From Sphyrna mokarran (Eukaryota), in assembly GCA_024679065.1 (NCBI GenBank), contig JAGIQG010000018.1, positions 16,926,001 through 16,990,000 on the forward strand: a DNA stretch of 64,000 nt, read 5' to 3'. The notes below the pieces were generated by a model. That model was given only the letters and a program-made list of their open reading frames with translations, had not been told where the DNA came from and made no database searches. This document shows positions 35,305-47,994 of the stretch, piece by piece. The position numbers and the translations under genes were made by a program. Each line of letters begins with the position of its first letter. Position 1 is the stretch's first letter.

Positions 35305-37205
35305 CCTCTGGACCTTTTTGTATCTCTCCCCCCACTTACCTTAAACATATGCCCTCTAGTTTTAGGCTCCTCTACCTTTGGGAAAAGATACTGACAGTCT
35401 AGCTGATCTGTGCCCCTCATTATTTTATAGACCTCTATAAGATCACTCCTCAGCTTCCTATGCTTCAGAGAAAAAAGTCATATTCTATCCAGCCTCTCCT
35501 TATAACTCAAACCATCAAGTCCTGGCAGCATTCTAGTAAATCTTTTCTGCACTCTTTTTAGTTTAATAATATCCATTCTATAATAGAGAACTGAACACAG
35601 TATTCCAAATGTGGCCTTACCGATGCTTTTGTACTTTGTCCAACTCCTGTATTCAGTGTTCTGACCAATGAAACCAAACATGCCAAATGCCTTCTTTACC
35701 ACTCTGTCCACTTTCAAGGAGCAATGAACATGTGCCCCTATATCTCTTTGTTCTGAACTTTCCCTAATATCCTACCATTAACTGAGTAAATCCTCCCTGG
35801 TTCAATCTACCAAAATGTATCACCTTGCCTTTGTCTAAATTAAACTCCATCTGCTGTGCATGAACCCCTGGTCCAATTGATCAAAATACCGTTGCAATTG
35901 GAGATAATTTTCTACACTATCCACTACACCACCAATCTTGGTGTCATCTGCAAATTTACTAACCATGCTTCCGATATTCTCATCCAAATCATTAGTATAA
36001 ATGACAAATAACTGCTGGTCACAGGCCTCCGGTTTGAAAAACAACCTTCTACAACCGCCCTCTGGCTTCTGTCAAGAAGCCAATTTTGTATCCATTTAGT
36101 CAACTCACCCGGGATCCTGTGAGATTTAATTTTATGCAACAATCTAGCATGCGATACCTTGTCAAAGGCCTTGCGAAAGTCCATGTAGACAACATCAACT
36201 GCACTGCCCTCATCTACTTTCTTGTTTACCCTTCAAAAAACTTAGTCAAATTTGTGAGATGTGATTTTCCACTTACAAAGTCATGCTGACTGTCCCTAAT
36301 CAGTTCTTGCATCTCTAAATGCCTGTAGATTCTGCCTCTCAGAATACCTTTCAACAATTTACCCACCACAGATGTGAAACTCACTGGCCTGTAGTCCCCA
36401 GGCTTTTCTTTGCAGCCCTTTTTAAACAAAGACACAATATTCACCACTCTCCAAACTTCAGGCACCTCACCTGTGACTATCGAGGATTCAAATATCTCGA
36501 CTAGGGGACAAGCAATTTCCTCTCTCGCCTCCCACAATGTCAGAATTGGCCTTGCCCCAATTTAGAATTTTAACTTTTGGGCAAGACCTATCATACTCCA
36601 TAGCTATCTTAAAACCAATAGAATTATGATCACTGGTCCCAAAGTGATCTCTCACTAACAATTCTGTAACCTGCCATCCTTACTTCCCAAGAGGAGGTCA
36701 AGTTTTGCCCCTTCTCTAGTTGGTCCATCCACACACTGAATAAGAAATTCCTCCTAAATACACTCAACAAATTTCTCTCCATCCAACCCTTTAATACTAT
36801 GGCTGTCCCAGTCAATGTTGGGAAAGTTAAAATCTCCGACTGTTATCACCCTATTATTCTTGGAGCTATCTGTAATTTCCTGCCGACTATTTTGGAACCT
36901 ATAGTACAATCTATCAAAGTGATTTCCCTCTTCTTATTTCTCAGTTCTACCCATATAGAGTCAGTAGCCAAATCCTCGGATATATTCCCTTTCAGTATGG
37001 TCATGATGCTTTCCCTAATCAAAAGTCCAACTCCCACTCCTGTCTTGCCTCCTATATCTTTCCTATAGCATCTATACCCAGGAACATTAAGCTGCAAATC
37101 CTGTCCCTCTATTAGCCGTGTTTCAGAAATTGCTGTAACATCCCAGTCCCACATACCCATCCATGCCCCGAGTTCATCTGCCTTGCCTGTCAGGTCTCTT
37201 GCATT
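35305..37205 (-). mobile_element. CR1/HER1-like LINE with endonuclease and RT fragments, internal deletion near 36540
   Basis: WDVTAISETRL..GQD.QLNVPGYRCYRKD (APE endonuclease), [47 protein letters not shown]. Confidence 0.92.
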
Positions 37206-37490
37206 TAATCTGGATTTCCCTTGTTTACAGACTATTGTATCTTTTTTCTGTTAGAAGAAGGTGGAAGGGAGTAAAACTAAGGTATATGGAACATTGCACT
37301 ACTGGTCTAACACAGGTGGGAGCAGTAGTTTACACTGGGATCTTAGAACTTAGAATCTTAAAACCTGAAGACATGATCATCACTGGTGGGACAAAGGTCC
37401 CTGGGATGAGAAGGTTTCCTGTGGGAGGCTGGGTAAATTGGATCTGCATTCTCTGGAGTTTAGGAGAATAAGAAGTGATCTCATTGAAAC

Positions 37491-38841
37491 TGTTATGATC
37501 AGGCCAGGCGGAACAAAATGGCTTCTCCTTATTCAGCCTCCTCAGTTGGTTGGAACAAAGATTTTTAAATTTATTTTCCCCGTAGATGCCTTTTCCAATC
37601 AATATGTATTTACTTTTTAATAAGGAGCCGATCAAACCAGGTTTTCTTAGTTGGGGAACAGGCATACTTAATAGCTGTAAGAAAAATAAAAAATACATGT
37701 GCAAGCATCCACATACAAATGCACACTCAAGTGTACACGTATGTATGCACACACATATCAGAAGAAAATTTAGATTCCAAATAAAAGTTAAAAGAATATA
37801 CGATTAAGTCCTTTGCTTATCCTTAAGATGTAGGTTGTTGAACTTTGTGGCCATTTGAAATTAGCTGGTTCCCTTTAAAATCCTGGAGCTGAATTGAATT
37901 CCAGGTAACTGCACTTAGTTAGAGACAATTTCCTTCCTTTTAATTCTGTGATTCGTAACTCAAAAATTGGTGTGTTTCTCCTGAGGTTCTTTCCAATAGA
38001 CAGTGACTACCTCTTGGGTTGGAGTTTTATGCTGCAGTGAGAGGACTTTTCTTAGCTTAAGGATGAGAGAGATAAAGATCTCGAATGGCTCCTCCCAGTT
38101 TTTCTTTGATGATTTGTCTCTGTGTCCAGCTTGGCAAAACAAGCTTATATAAACCTTCTGTCTGTATATTCCCTAAGAAGAATTTGATTAATTTTGTCTC
38201 ATGTTGTACAAGTAACCACGTTTTGATCTTTCATGTCATAAGCGTTTACCATGTTTCAGGATAGTAGCAACCAACAGGAAATGGGGTTATTCATCTCCCA
38301 CTGTGTGGGTTTGAGTATCTGATGGGTGTATCTGACTGGTTAGCAGTTCCCATTGTTTTTAACTGCTGGCTAAAGTTCAGCACTTTGTATTTTTAATCTT
38401 TTCATGTCTGGCGGATGACTTTGAAATATCCTTCTTCGCATTTCCTTTCGGAGAGGATTCTTGTTTGCTTTTCTCATCTTCAGTTTGGAAGGCAGCCCCA
38501 AAAGTATTTTAAAAGCAAATGACTGTAGATGCTGGAATCTGAAACCAAAAGAGAAAATGTTTCAAAATCTCAGCAGATCTGGCTGCACCTATAACGAGAG
38601 AAAAGAGCTAACGTTTCGAGTCCAGAAGACCCTTTCTCTAGTTTTAATAAATGAACTTGAAAGTCAGCTCTTCTCTCTCCTTTCAGATGCTGCCAGACCT
38701 GCTGAGATTTTCCAGTGTTTTCTCTTTTGGTTTCAAGTTTTTTAAAGCAGCTTGCCATCTCATTTTTTAAAATACCAAATTTTCAGTTAGTTAAAAATTT
38801 TATAAAAATCATTTTCCAGAAGTAGTGACAATTTCATGACT
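37491..38841 (-). mobile_element. Solo LTR (Gypsy-like) inserted in a CR1 fragment, 4-bp TSD
   Basis: Termini tgttatga...tcatgact. AAAC at 37487-37490 and 38842-38845. Removing it restores CR1 gatctcattgaaacctacaggattctg (DLIETYRIL). Strand is inferred from poly(A)-signal-like text near 37615. Confidence 0.75.
38510..38745. mobile_element. Palindromic Penelope terminal-repeat derivative nested in the solo LTR
   Basis: gaaaccaaaagagaaaatg...ctcagcagatctggc...gagctaacgtttcgag is inverted relative to cttgaaagtcagctc...gccagacctgctgag...tttctcttttggtttc. Same family as 58620. Confidence 0.75.
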
Positions 38842-38869
38842 AAACCTACAGGATTCTGACAGGGCTTGA

Positions 38870-40000
38870 CTGTGTAGACAGCCCAGGTGAGAGTGACTGC
38901 TCTTAACATTAAGGCAGCATTTGACTGAATGCGTGCATCTAGATCCCAAGCAAAACTGGAGGCACTGGGAATCAGTAAGGAAATTCTCCACTGGGTGGAA
39001 TCATTCCAAGTGCAGAAGAAGATAGCTGTGGTGATTGGAAGTAAAATATCTTGGCTCCAAGACATCGCTTCAGGAGTTCCTTAGAGTAGTGCCTCAGACA
39101 CTTCAACTGCTTTCATCAACGACCTTCTTTCAATAACATCAGAAGTGGGGATATTTTCTGATTGTTGCTCAATATTTAGTACCATTTGCGACTTCTCAGA
39201 TATTGAATCAGTGCAAATTCAACAATACCTGGGCAATATCCAGGCTTGGGCTGACAAGTGACAATAACATTTGTGCCATGCAATGACCATCTCCAATAAA
39301 GAGAATCTAATTATTGCCCCTTGACACTCAATGGCGTTAGCATCACTGAATCCCCTACTGTCAACATCCTGGGGGTTACCATTGACCAAAAACTGCTGTA
39401 TAAATACTGTGGCTACAAGAGCAGTTCAGAAGCTTGGAACCCTGTGTCAACTAACTCACCTTCAGACTTCCCAAAGTGTGTTCACCATCTATAAGGCATA
39501 AGTAGGGAGTGTGATGGAAAATTCCTCACTTGCCTGGATGAGTGCAGCTCCAACAACATTCAAGGAGCTTGACACCATCCAGGATAAACCATTCTATTTG
39601 ACTGACAAACGTTCAGTCCCTCCACTATTGATACATAGTGGCTTCAGTGTCTACTATCTGTAAGATGCACTGCAGGCATTTACTATGGCTGCTTAACAGC
39701 ACCTTCTAAACTCTCAACTGCTACCATCTAGAAGAACAAGGAGAGTAGGCACCTGGGAACACTACCGTTTTGAACTTCCCTTCCAAAACATTCACCACAC
39801 TGAATTAGAAATGGATTACCATTTCTTTACTGTTGCTAGGTCAAAGTCCTGGAGCGTCCTCCCTAACAGTGCTGTCGGTATAACTGCACCACATAGATTG
39901 GAACTATTCAAGAAGGCAATTTCTGACCACCCTTTCAAAGGCAATGGACAATAAATGCTGGCCTAGTCAACAAAGCCCATATTCTGTGAATGAATAAGAA
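38870..40000 (+). mobile_element. Non-LTR LINE RT-to-tail fragment (second LINE family)
   Basis: ALNIKAAFD, SGVP..S, FINDL, IYKA.V.S.ME remnants; tail ataaatgctggcctag...gaatgaataa. Confidence 0.8.
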
Positions 40001-40270
40001 AAAGCACTGAGAAATTGTTCCCCTGGCTGGGAAATCTGGAACACAGGACACAGTTTCAGAATAAGGGGACAGTCACCTAGGACTGAAATGAAAAATAGCC
40101 TCACTGCCAAGGGTTGTGGATCTTTGGAATTTTGGGGTTTTGGGTATTCCATTATTAAATATATTGATTTTTGGTTTCTAAAGGAATCAAGAGATTTCAG
40201 TAGCGGGCTGGGATGTGAAGTTCTAGGTGATGATCAGCTGTGACCATATTGATTGGTAGAGAAGGTCAAT
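40000..40270 (+). mobile_element. CR1 3' end fragment
   Basis: ggacacagtttcagaataagggg; agggttgtggatctttggaatt. Confidence 0.65.
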
Positions 40271-41379
40271 ATCATGAAATCTGGGATGTGGATAAGAGCA
40301 GATTTGGAGGAATGGAGAATTCTTGGAGGGCTGCTCTCAACTACTTGAGGATGACTAGACTATTTTGTTGAAGTAGTTCTCTTTAAACTTATGTATAACA
40401 AATTCCTTGATAACACATCTGTTTTCTAAAGACATTTGGTACTGATTGGTGCAAAGGAGGTTTACAACCGAGGTCTTTCAACTCTTGGAATCCAGCCCAG
40501 ATCGATGGGGTTGAAACCTCTTCTGTCTATATGTTGTAAGGCCCCCATTACAATAATGAATGCACTTTAAACAGTGCTTCAACGGCTGTCAAGTGTTTTG
40601 TAACTTTCTAAGGTCATGAAAGGTGCTATAAATGCAATTTGTTCCTCCCGTTTACAGAAAATGAATTGAGGCAATCTTAGTCCAATTCTTTTTGGGTGCT
40701 AACCCATTGCATTTAAATGTCCAAATTGTCAGCACCATCATTTAAAGAGTTCCAAGGTTTGTTGATGAGAGAAATGAAAATTGATGTCTTCAGCTGAAAT
40801 CAGAGGTTAAAGCAGCTGTTATGAAGAATGGAAGGAGCTAAACTGTGTGATGTGCCTATCCTTAGTAACCGGGTTCTTGCACTGGGTGGCCACAAGTGAA
40901 ATAATATTTTGCCCCATCACCTGAAGTTCCTCACCCAAATGGATGACAATGGAAGGCCAATTCTCTCACCACAGGTTAAACCTCCATACTCCATTTCTGC
41001 ACTGCCATCAGACAAGAGGGAAAATATCAGCATTAACATTTAACTAGATTTCTAACTTATTCCACCAAATCAAAACAGATGTTGGTGGAGTTCCCCACCC
41101 CTCCCTCTCCTAAATTACCCACATATGTTCCTTATAAAGAAGTGCTGATTGTTTTATGTGCAAATTGGATTTTTTTTCCGTTGAATTTAAAGCTTTTCTA
41201 CCTAGAGGCGATGAAAACAAGCTCGGGAGTTATTTGTTTGTGGCCCTTTTCACTATAGGATTCCAAAATTTTTTTTTTTTTTCTGTTTGGTTGGGATACC
41301 ACATAACATGCAGGACTACCTACTCCCCTGTATTCCCCAGGAAACTTGGGCCTAAGACCATAAATCTCTCATTCTGCAG

Positions 41380-41800
41380 GGTCAAGAGGTGATTTAAGAG
41401 AGATGTGCAAATTTGTAAAGGGTTTTGGTAGACTAGACAGAGAGATGTTATATTCTATCAACTAACATAGTGGAACTATGTTAGTTCCACTGGCCTAACA
41501 TAGTTTGAAGATGATGGTTTAAAAAAAAAGCCCGGCATTTGAGTGGGGGATGGGAGTGATGGGGGAGCAGGGTGCTGTAGGGGAGGTGAATTATGATTTG
41601 GAACGTGTTGCCTGAAAAGGTGGTGGAAGGAAATTCAAAAATAACTTTCAAAGGGATATTGGATGTATTCTTGAACAGAAGCCAGTTGTAAGGATATGCA
41701 GAAAGAGCAGGATAGTGAGGCCAGTTGCATACTTCCTTTAGAAAGCCAGAAGAGACATAATGGACCAAATGGCCTCCTTCTCTGTTATATTATTCTGTGT
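41380..41800 (+). mobile_element. CR1 3' end fragment
   Basis: ggtgatttaagagagatgtgcaaa; tggaacgtgttgcctgaaa; tail ggaccaaatggcctccttct. Confidence 0.7.
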
Positions 41801-43849
41801 AGAAGATAAGTAATCTTAGTTGACTGGTTTCTCTATTCTACTCAGGGACATTGAAGCCAGTTGCAACTTTCCCATTTTTTTTGAACTGGTTGACATCAAT
41901 CAATTGTTCCAATCAGGCATTCAAACTGGAATCTTGTTGATCTGGGTGACTGAATACGGGGTGACGCATCTATCTACTTGAGGCACAGAGAGACCCATCT
42001 TTTATCTCACCACCTCTTTATCACCTGTCCCTCTCCGTCTCCTACTTTTTCTATTTCCCTCTCTCTTTCCTTCTCCCTGCCTTACCTTTGGCAAAAAGGA
42101 TTACAGTCGATATGAATCCGAATAAAGTGTTTATGGAATCAGGCCAATCGGCCAACAAATTCACACCAGTATTTATGCTTGCCCGAGCTTCCTCCCACAT
42201 TGCATCATTTAATCCTATGAATTTATCTTTCTATTTCGTTTCTCTCTTGAGTGTTTATCCAGCTTCTCCCTTAAGTGCATTGGGTATGCTAGAAATGGTT
42301 GGACTGCCAGATTACCCTTTCATTTTTCCTTTTTATTAATTTGTCTTAACATTGTTATTCCAACTCGGATTTTTAAACAATACTCTGAACCTTAAGCAAA
42401 TGTTTTTAATCATTGCAGCAACACCATAGCCTGAGGTTATTCCCCAGCCCTGAACTATAGTTTGTGCAAGCTCCAGATTCAGCTTTCATCAAAACTGAAC
42501 ATGCTTTTCAGCACTTGATATTAAAATTATAATATTAACTCTGATGTTGGGGTTTCCTAGAGCTTAGATGGATATTGGCTTTTGATTATCAACAAATGAA
42601 TGTTCAGCCTGGATGTAATTTCCTTGGCATAGTTAAAGCCATGTGGGTTCAAGTTCCTGCATTACTACACTGTCCCCTAGAGTTTCAAAAGAAAATCATT
42701 CTGTGTACAATGCAACATGCATTTTGAGTCTGCAGTCGCGGCAAAACTTCAGGACTTTTCACCAGGCATTTATCTAACAGCATGATAAAGGCATGATGTG
42801 GGTATGACAAGGCCACATGTTAACATGTGCCGTATGAACATGGAAGCAAGCAGGGAAATGCTATCTTCGTCAATCTGGCTGAGCCAAAGAGATTTATACT
42901 GCCAAATTAGTTGGAACTGTCAGAGAGGGACTCTAAGGCCTTATGTTTGCAAAGCCTGCTCTGTGCCACTAAATCACTGAACTACATCTCCCACTGTGTT
43001 GACATGTTTAATTTTGTTGATTAAAGTCATTAAGTGATGCTGTTTGCGTGTAGTCAGTATTTGCTGGCGGGTCCTGAATTGTTGAAAGATTTATCGATGA
43101 TGACTTTTGCGATTTCTCCACATCTGGTGTCTTTGCATGAGCCATTTCCTAAGGTTTGCCAGCCTCTTGCAAGTGGAAGTAGTTCCGTTCTTTATTCTGT
43201 TGTTATTTTTTAAATTTTCTTCCATCAGACCACTTAATTCATGAAATAAACTTGTCAACAAATTTGTCAGCCGTAACTTTTAATCCATTCTTGATTATTC
43301 TGTGTAAACTGCCCCAGAGAAGTAGCATAACAATTGTACTGTAAACCTCTGCTGCTTCAATCCAGCATTTGTGTAGTTTTATAATTTACAAAGATTGCAA
43401 TTCTGCTGCAAGTCACAAGCAAGGAACACCTATCAAAATTTAAAATAGTAATTACACATTTAGAGTGTCAGTGCTAATTCTCCTAGATTTACTGTGATGG
43501 AACCTGTTCCTGGAGATATCATCGCATGGCCCTCCTTGTATACAAGCGCTGTATCCTCATATTCCTGCCATTGGCCACCAACATGCCAATCATAATGTTG
43601 TCGCCTCTCTCAGTTCTTGCCATTGGCTGCCAATGTGCCCCCTCCTTGTGCTGCACTGTCTTCTCACAACCAATTGGAAAGTGAGTGAGTTGACTCTTCA
43701 TTCACTGACTGTTGGTGAAATTCCCATTATTCACACATCCAATATTTTTGCTATATATGTATTCATAAAATTATTTTCATGAAATAGAGTTTTGTTTACT
43801 GCCCTTCAGAATCTTCTCCTGTATCACTTGCAGTGGTGACCCGGAGATT

Positions 43850-44040
43850 TTTTTAAAAATTCATCATGGGATGTGGGTGTTGTGGCTAGGCCAGCATTTA
43901 TTACACCCATTCCTGAGGGCATTTAAGAGTCAACCACTTTGCTGTTGATATGAAGTTACATGTAGGCCAGACTGGGTAAGGATGCCAGATTTCCTTCCAT
44001 AAGGAACATTCTGAAACCAGATAAGGTTTTTTTTTAACTA
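43850..44040 (-). mobile_element. SINE sharing its tail with the 38870-40000 LINE family (other copies at about 46790-47130 minus and 57485-57675 plus)
   Basis: atgggatgtgggtgttgtggctaggccagcattta is the reverse complement of that LINE tail; shared core gtcacatgtaggccag...ggtaaggatg.cagatt. Confidence 0.7.
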
Positions 44041-44101
44041 GCTTCTGCTAGTGAAACTCTTGGCCTTATATAATTGTCATCCTATTCTGAGTATAGACTT
44101 T

Positions 44102-44948
44102 GGGCCTGATTTTACCATTTTGATTGAAAGTGCTGAAACTGGGAGTGATCTGACTTGTAGACTGGTTCTCAGGCACCTCCATATGCGCTCTAATTGAAAA
44201 AAAGCAGCAACTCTGAATCGCAGTGTAGAAGCCCATGGGTGGGGCTTATCGCACCCAAAATGCTGCTGCTCCAGTTGGCGATCCGATAGTCTCCAACTGT
44301 GCTTGCGCAGCGAAAAACAGGTAGAATGCTGGTCCACTGCTACATTGCTCCTGGGCTCGATAATGTCTCCCTCCTAGTCCCCACCCTTGCAACATTAGTG
44401 TCCCTCTTATCCCCCCACCATTCAGACTGATGGCAAGCCCCTCCCCTCTCCCCCCGGCTGATCGTGAGCAGAGTGGCAGCAGACCCGCTGCATCCCCCCC
44501 ACCAGAGAACCATCTGACCCGTCTCCCTTCCCCCCCACCACACCAGTGAGCCATCTGACCCACCTCCTTCCCTCTCCTCCAGCAGAAAGGCATCTGATCT
44601 CTCCCTTCCCTCTCCACCTTTGTAACCAGAGAGACATCTCTGCACCCTCTTTCCTCCCCAGAAAGTGATCTGACCTGTCTCTTCCCTCACCACCAATCTC
44701 AAGCAGAGAAAAACTAGAAGCTCTGAAACTTATTTCCTCAAAAACCGGCAACTCCCGAGCCGGACCTTCACGGGACCATGCCTGTTTCATGCCAAATCTG
44801 GATGGGCAAACACAGTGATAAAGGGGGAAATGCAGGTAGGTTTGGGCATTTAGCTCATTGTCAATTTAAATGCATGCCTGACTCACGCCTGACTTTACCA
44901 AGTTTTCACGCCTGAAAACTGGCGCAACTTGGTGGTAAAATCAAGCCC
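44102..44948. mobile_element. PIF/Harbinger-type MITE, 847 bp
   Basis: TIRs gggcctgattttacca (44102-44117) and tggtaaaatcaagccc (44933-44948), 15/16 match. 3-bp TTT on both flanks. No transposase. Confidence 0.8.
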
Positions 44949-45130
44949 TTTATCTTCATTCTTGCCGAATTGTCATGCGTGAACCTATCAATAACTCCTC
45001 AGTCTGTTTTCCAATCTCATTGCAGCTTATACTGTACTTCATTGTGGAAATCTTGTCCCAGGTCTGCCCAGATTAACTAGATGTTGTGCTATTATTGGTA
45101 GAGTCTTTGAATTCTGCACTAGCTGTGCAG

Positions 45131-45415
45131 TGTTGTGATGTATCTTTAAGGGAGCATACCTGACACTGCCGTCCATTACTATCCATCGCGAGACAGGCTG
45201 TGATGTATAATCCCATGACTCTATGGACAGAACACAACAGCAATCCAACAGGTCAGGCATGTCCACATAGTCTCCTAGTTACCATTGCATGTATACAGTT
45301 TGACCTTCAAATAAAGAACCCACTTTATTGTACTTCCAATCCTTACTGTATGATTGGTATGTTTGTGCTACACAGAGGAATGCACCATGTCCGCTATATC
45401 TAAAGGCACAATCAA
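45131..45415 (+). mobile_element. Possible short solo LTR
   Basis: Starts tgttgtg, ends cacaatca, internal aataaa near 45309. No clear TSD. Confidence 0.35.
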
Positions 45416-45589
45416 TAGCAATGAGGGCATGTTAGTGACAGTAGAGAAAAGAAGCATAGGAATTTGCCAAAAATATCCACTGATTCAGGCAGTAGATAAC
45501 TGAGATATACGGATTGGGAAGGAGCCAATCGCTTGTTATGCCGTGGTTGGTGATCTCAGCAGAGGTGATTGTAGAGCCGCTGCAGTCGT

Positions 45590-45800
45590 TAGCTGTGGCT
45601 CAAAGCGCAACAGTCCTGCCTTTGGGTCAGAAGTTAAGTCCCACCCGAGGACAAACTCTAGACTGATATTCCAGTGTAATACTGTGGGGAGTGCCATCTA
45701 CCATTTGTCGTATTAACCAATGGGAATGACCCCCTTCCCAAGTGAGTGGAAAAGATTCCATGATACTGTCTTGAAGCAATGAGGGGGAATTCTCCATGGA
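45590..45800 (+). mobile_element. Deu-domain SINE 5' half
   Basis: ctgtggctcaaag...ccagtgtaatactgtggggagtg...aaagattccatg. Confidence 0.6.
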
Positions 45801-46211
45801 CTGCAAACAGAGGAATTTAACGCACAGAGATACTGCTTAATAAACTATAACATCTCTGACTGTATCAGGCTGCTCACAATTCGATAAGGGGATGTTGTAG
45901 GAAAATACAGCAAGTCAGAATCACTTGCTATTTGGTCATGTGATTATGATGTGAGCCTTTCCATCTCTCACAGAACTGAACCATGTCAGATCATTAAATT
46001 GGGTTCCAGCAGTCCTCAACTTTCTCATGCACAGGGATCACAAATCATAATTGGGAGAGCAAAACAAGACTGATTTTCTTGCCCTTCCTTCCAACAGTTC
46101 CTCAACTTCTGAGCTGACAGAGAAGCATATCAAGGGCTCAAGCTGGTACTCTTACAATCTCTGGAAAAGCGCATGATAACAAGTTCTATTTTGTCTCTAT
46201 TAACTTTTCAG

Positions 46212-46324
46212 ACCTATGAACAAAATGAATGGTTAATCCACCTGGCAGGAAGACTGCTGACGAACGATAGCCTTACCCTGTCGCTAATAGGCCACAACCC
46301 TTTTGAGAATCGAGGAGCACCAAG
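46212..46324 (+). CDS. LMF1: Lipase maturation factor 1, next coding exon (probably exon 10 equivalent), 113 bp
   Basis: Translates TYEQNEWLIHLAGRLLTNDSLTLSLIGHNPFENRGAP(R), similar to human TYEHNDWIIHLAGKLLA...HNPF...PR as recalled. Acceptor ctattaacttttcag|ACC (phase 0, matches the upstream exon). Donor AAG|gtgaga. Not listed in the ORF track. Confidence 0.95.
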
Positions 46325-47968
46325 GTGAGAAGTCTATTTCTTTGCTTATTTGGCCTGCTCTGAGTTCAGTTGGGGGGGTGGTATTAAGCTGAGTGTGTCC
46401 TTTTCCTTTTAGTTTCAATCAGTAGGAATCCCGTGTACATTTTTTTTAATTCATCCCTGGGACATGGACTTCAAGGAATTATTATTCGTCCGTGTTGTTC
46501 TTGAGAAAATATTGGTGGGCCTTCTTGAATGACTGCCATCTGAATGGTGAAGATACTCCTACAGTATCTGCTAGAGAGGGAGCTCTAGGATTTTGACTAT
46601 TTCTCCCAAGTTCACATACATTACGAATGTAAGATTAATTCAGCTGTAGTATTGGAATATTTCATGATATCTACTGTGGTTCAAATCGTCAGATTAAATT
46701 GTCATTGGAACTTTTCCTGCTGCTTTATTTCCAGGCTCAAAGCAGCATGAAGGGATTAAAAATCTGATTGATCTGTAATTAAACAAAACATGTGGGTGTC
46801 ATTGGCAAGGTCAACCTTTGTTACCCATTCCTCATTAGCCTTGAACTAGAGACTAGAAGCCAAGTGCCTTGCTAGGCCATTTCCAAGGATCTGGAGTCAC
46901 ATGCAGGCTGGGCCAGGTAAGGATGGCAGATTCTATTCCCTAAAGCATATTACTGAAGCAGATGAGTTTTCATGACAATCGATGATAGTTTCATGGTCAA
47001 TAATACTGAGATGACTTTTAGTTCCAGATTTATGAATCGAATTGAAATTCCACAAGTTACAGTGTTTGAGTCTCAGATCATCATTCTTCAGCTTCTGGAT
47101 TACTAGTCTAGTGATGTTACCATTATATCACTGTCTCCCCCTCCAATTGGTCACATGAAAACCAGTAACGGATTTTGTGTTGGCTATGGCATGCCTTAGC
47201 GAATGGTATGAAGTATTTAAATAAGGTCTCAAATAACCATGCACTGTTTGCCTTTGAAGCATTAATTTTCCATCAAAAGAAAAATATGTGACAGTGTCAG
47301 ACAGATAAAGCACTAGCAAACTATTGCAAACATCACGCGTTGACTTGTGTGTGCGTCTACTTCTGAGCTGACCCCACAATATAGGGAAAGGTGGGCTGCC
47401 AATTTCAGCACATACCCACCATATTTAAATCAATAGTTCAGGGTCAATTAGGATTGTCATCAAAATAGTTGACTCTGATAATATGACCACCCACGCGATG
47501 AAGTGTTTGGTGTGGGCAGCAGGGAAGGTGCAGGAAGTCTGACATTTTATCTCAAGTTGTTAAAGAGCAGGAAGGAAGGAAGCTCTTCAGGGCTGCCTTC
47601 CTTAAGGTTTACTCCCCTTCCTTCCTACCCATTCCCTCCCTTAATTCCAACCAACCCCACCCCCACCCTTCCCACTGCTCCTCTCCCTCATCAACTCAAA
47701 AACTCCCTGCCCAAGACTCCAGATGTACCTGTTCTAAGAATCCAAAGCCTTGGGGTCCTTTGTTATTGAGCAGTCCTGGCAGCGGCTGTTGATGTCTTCC
47801 TGGCACTGCCATGACTGAAGCAGCTGATGGCCAACTGATTCGGCTGGCAGCTCCAGAAGGCAAGGAAATACCACTCAGCCTCATTAATCTGCCTCTCAGT
47901 GCTTTATGGCTGTGGGGCCAGGCTGGCATGGGATCTGTTGATTCGCAAAGACGGGGGTTTCTGTGCCG

Positions 47969-47994
47969 CCCCCCCCCCCCCCCCCCCCCCCCCC
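47969..47994. repeat. Poly-C tract (26 nt) ending a GC-rich unclassified block (about 47380-48000)
   Basis: Direct count. Confidence 0.95.

Larger units (their letters stand above)
6112..46211 (+). other. LMF1: LMF1 intron, 40,100 bp, GC-AG type
   Basis: Starts gcaagt, ends ttttcag. Joining the exons gives in-frame ...FAAFQ|TYEQNEW... Confidence 0.88.

Noticed and set aside
44500-44700. CRISPR-like array
   Set aside because: Units are degenerate tandem copies without unique spacers, in a vertebrate intron with no cas genes.
44246-44790. Three overlapping Gly/Arg-rich ORFs
   Set aside because: They are stop-poor reads of the minisatellite inside the MITE.
47969-47994. Poly-C tracts as functional G-quadruplexes (also 19137-19158)
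   Set aside because: Homopolymers are common, error-prone in length, and have no other support here.
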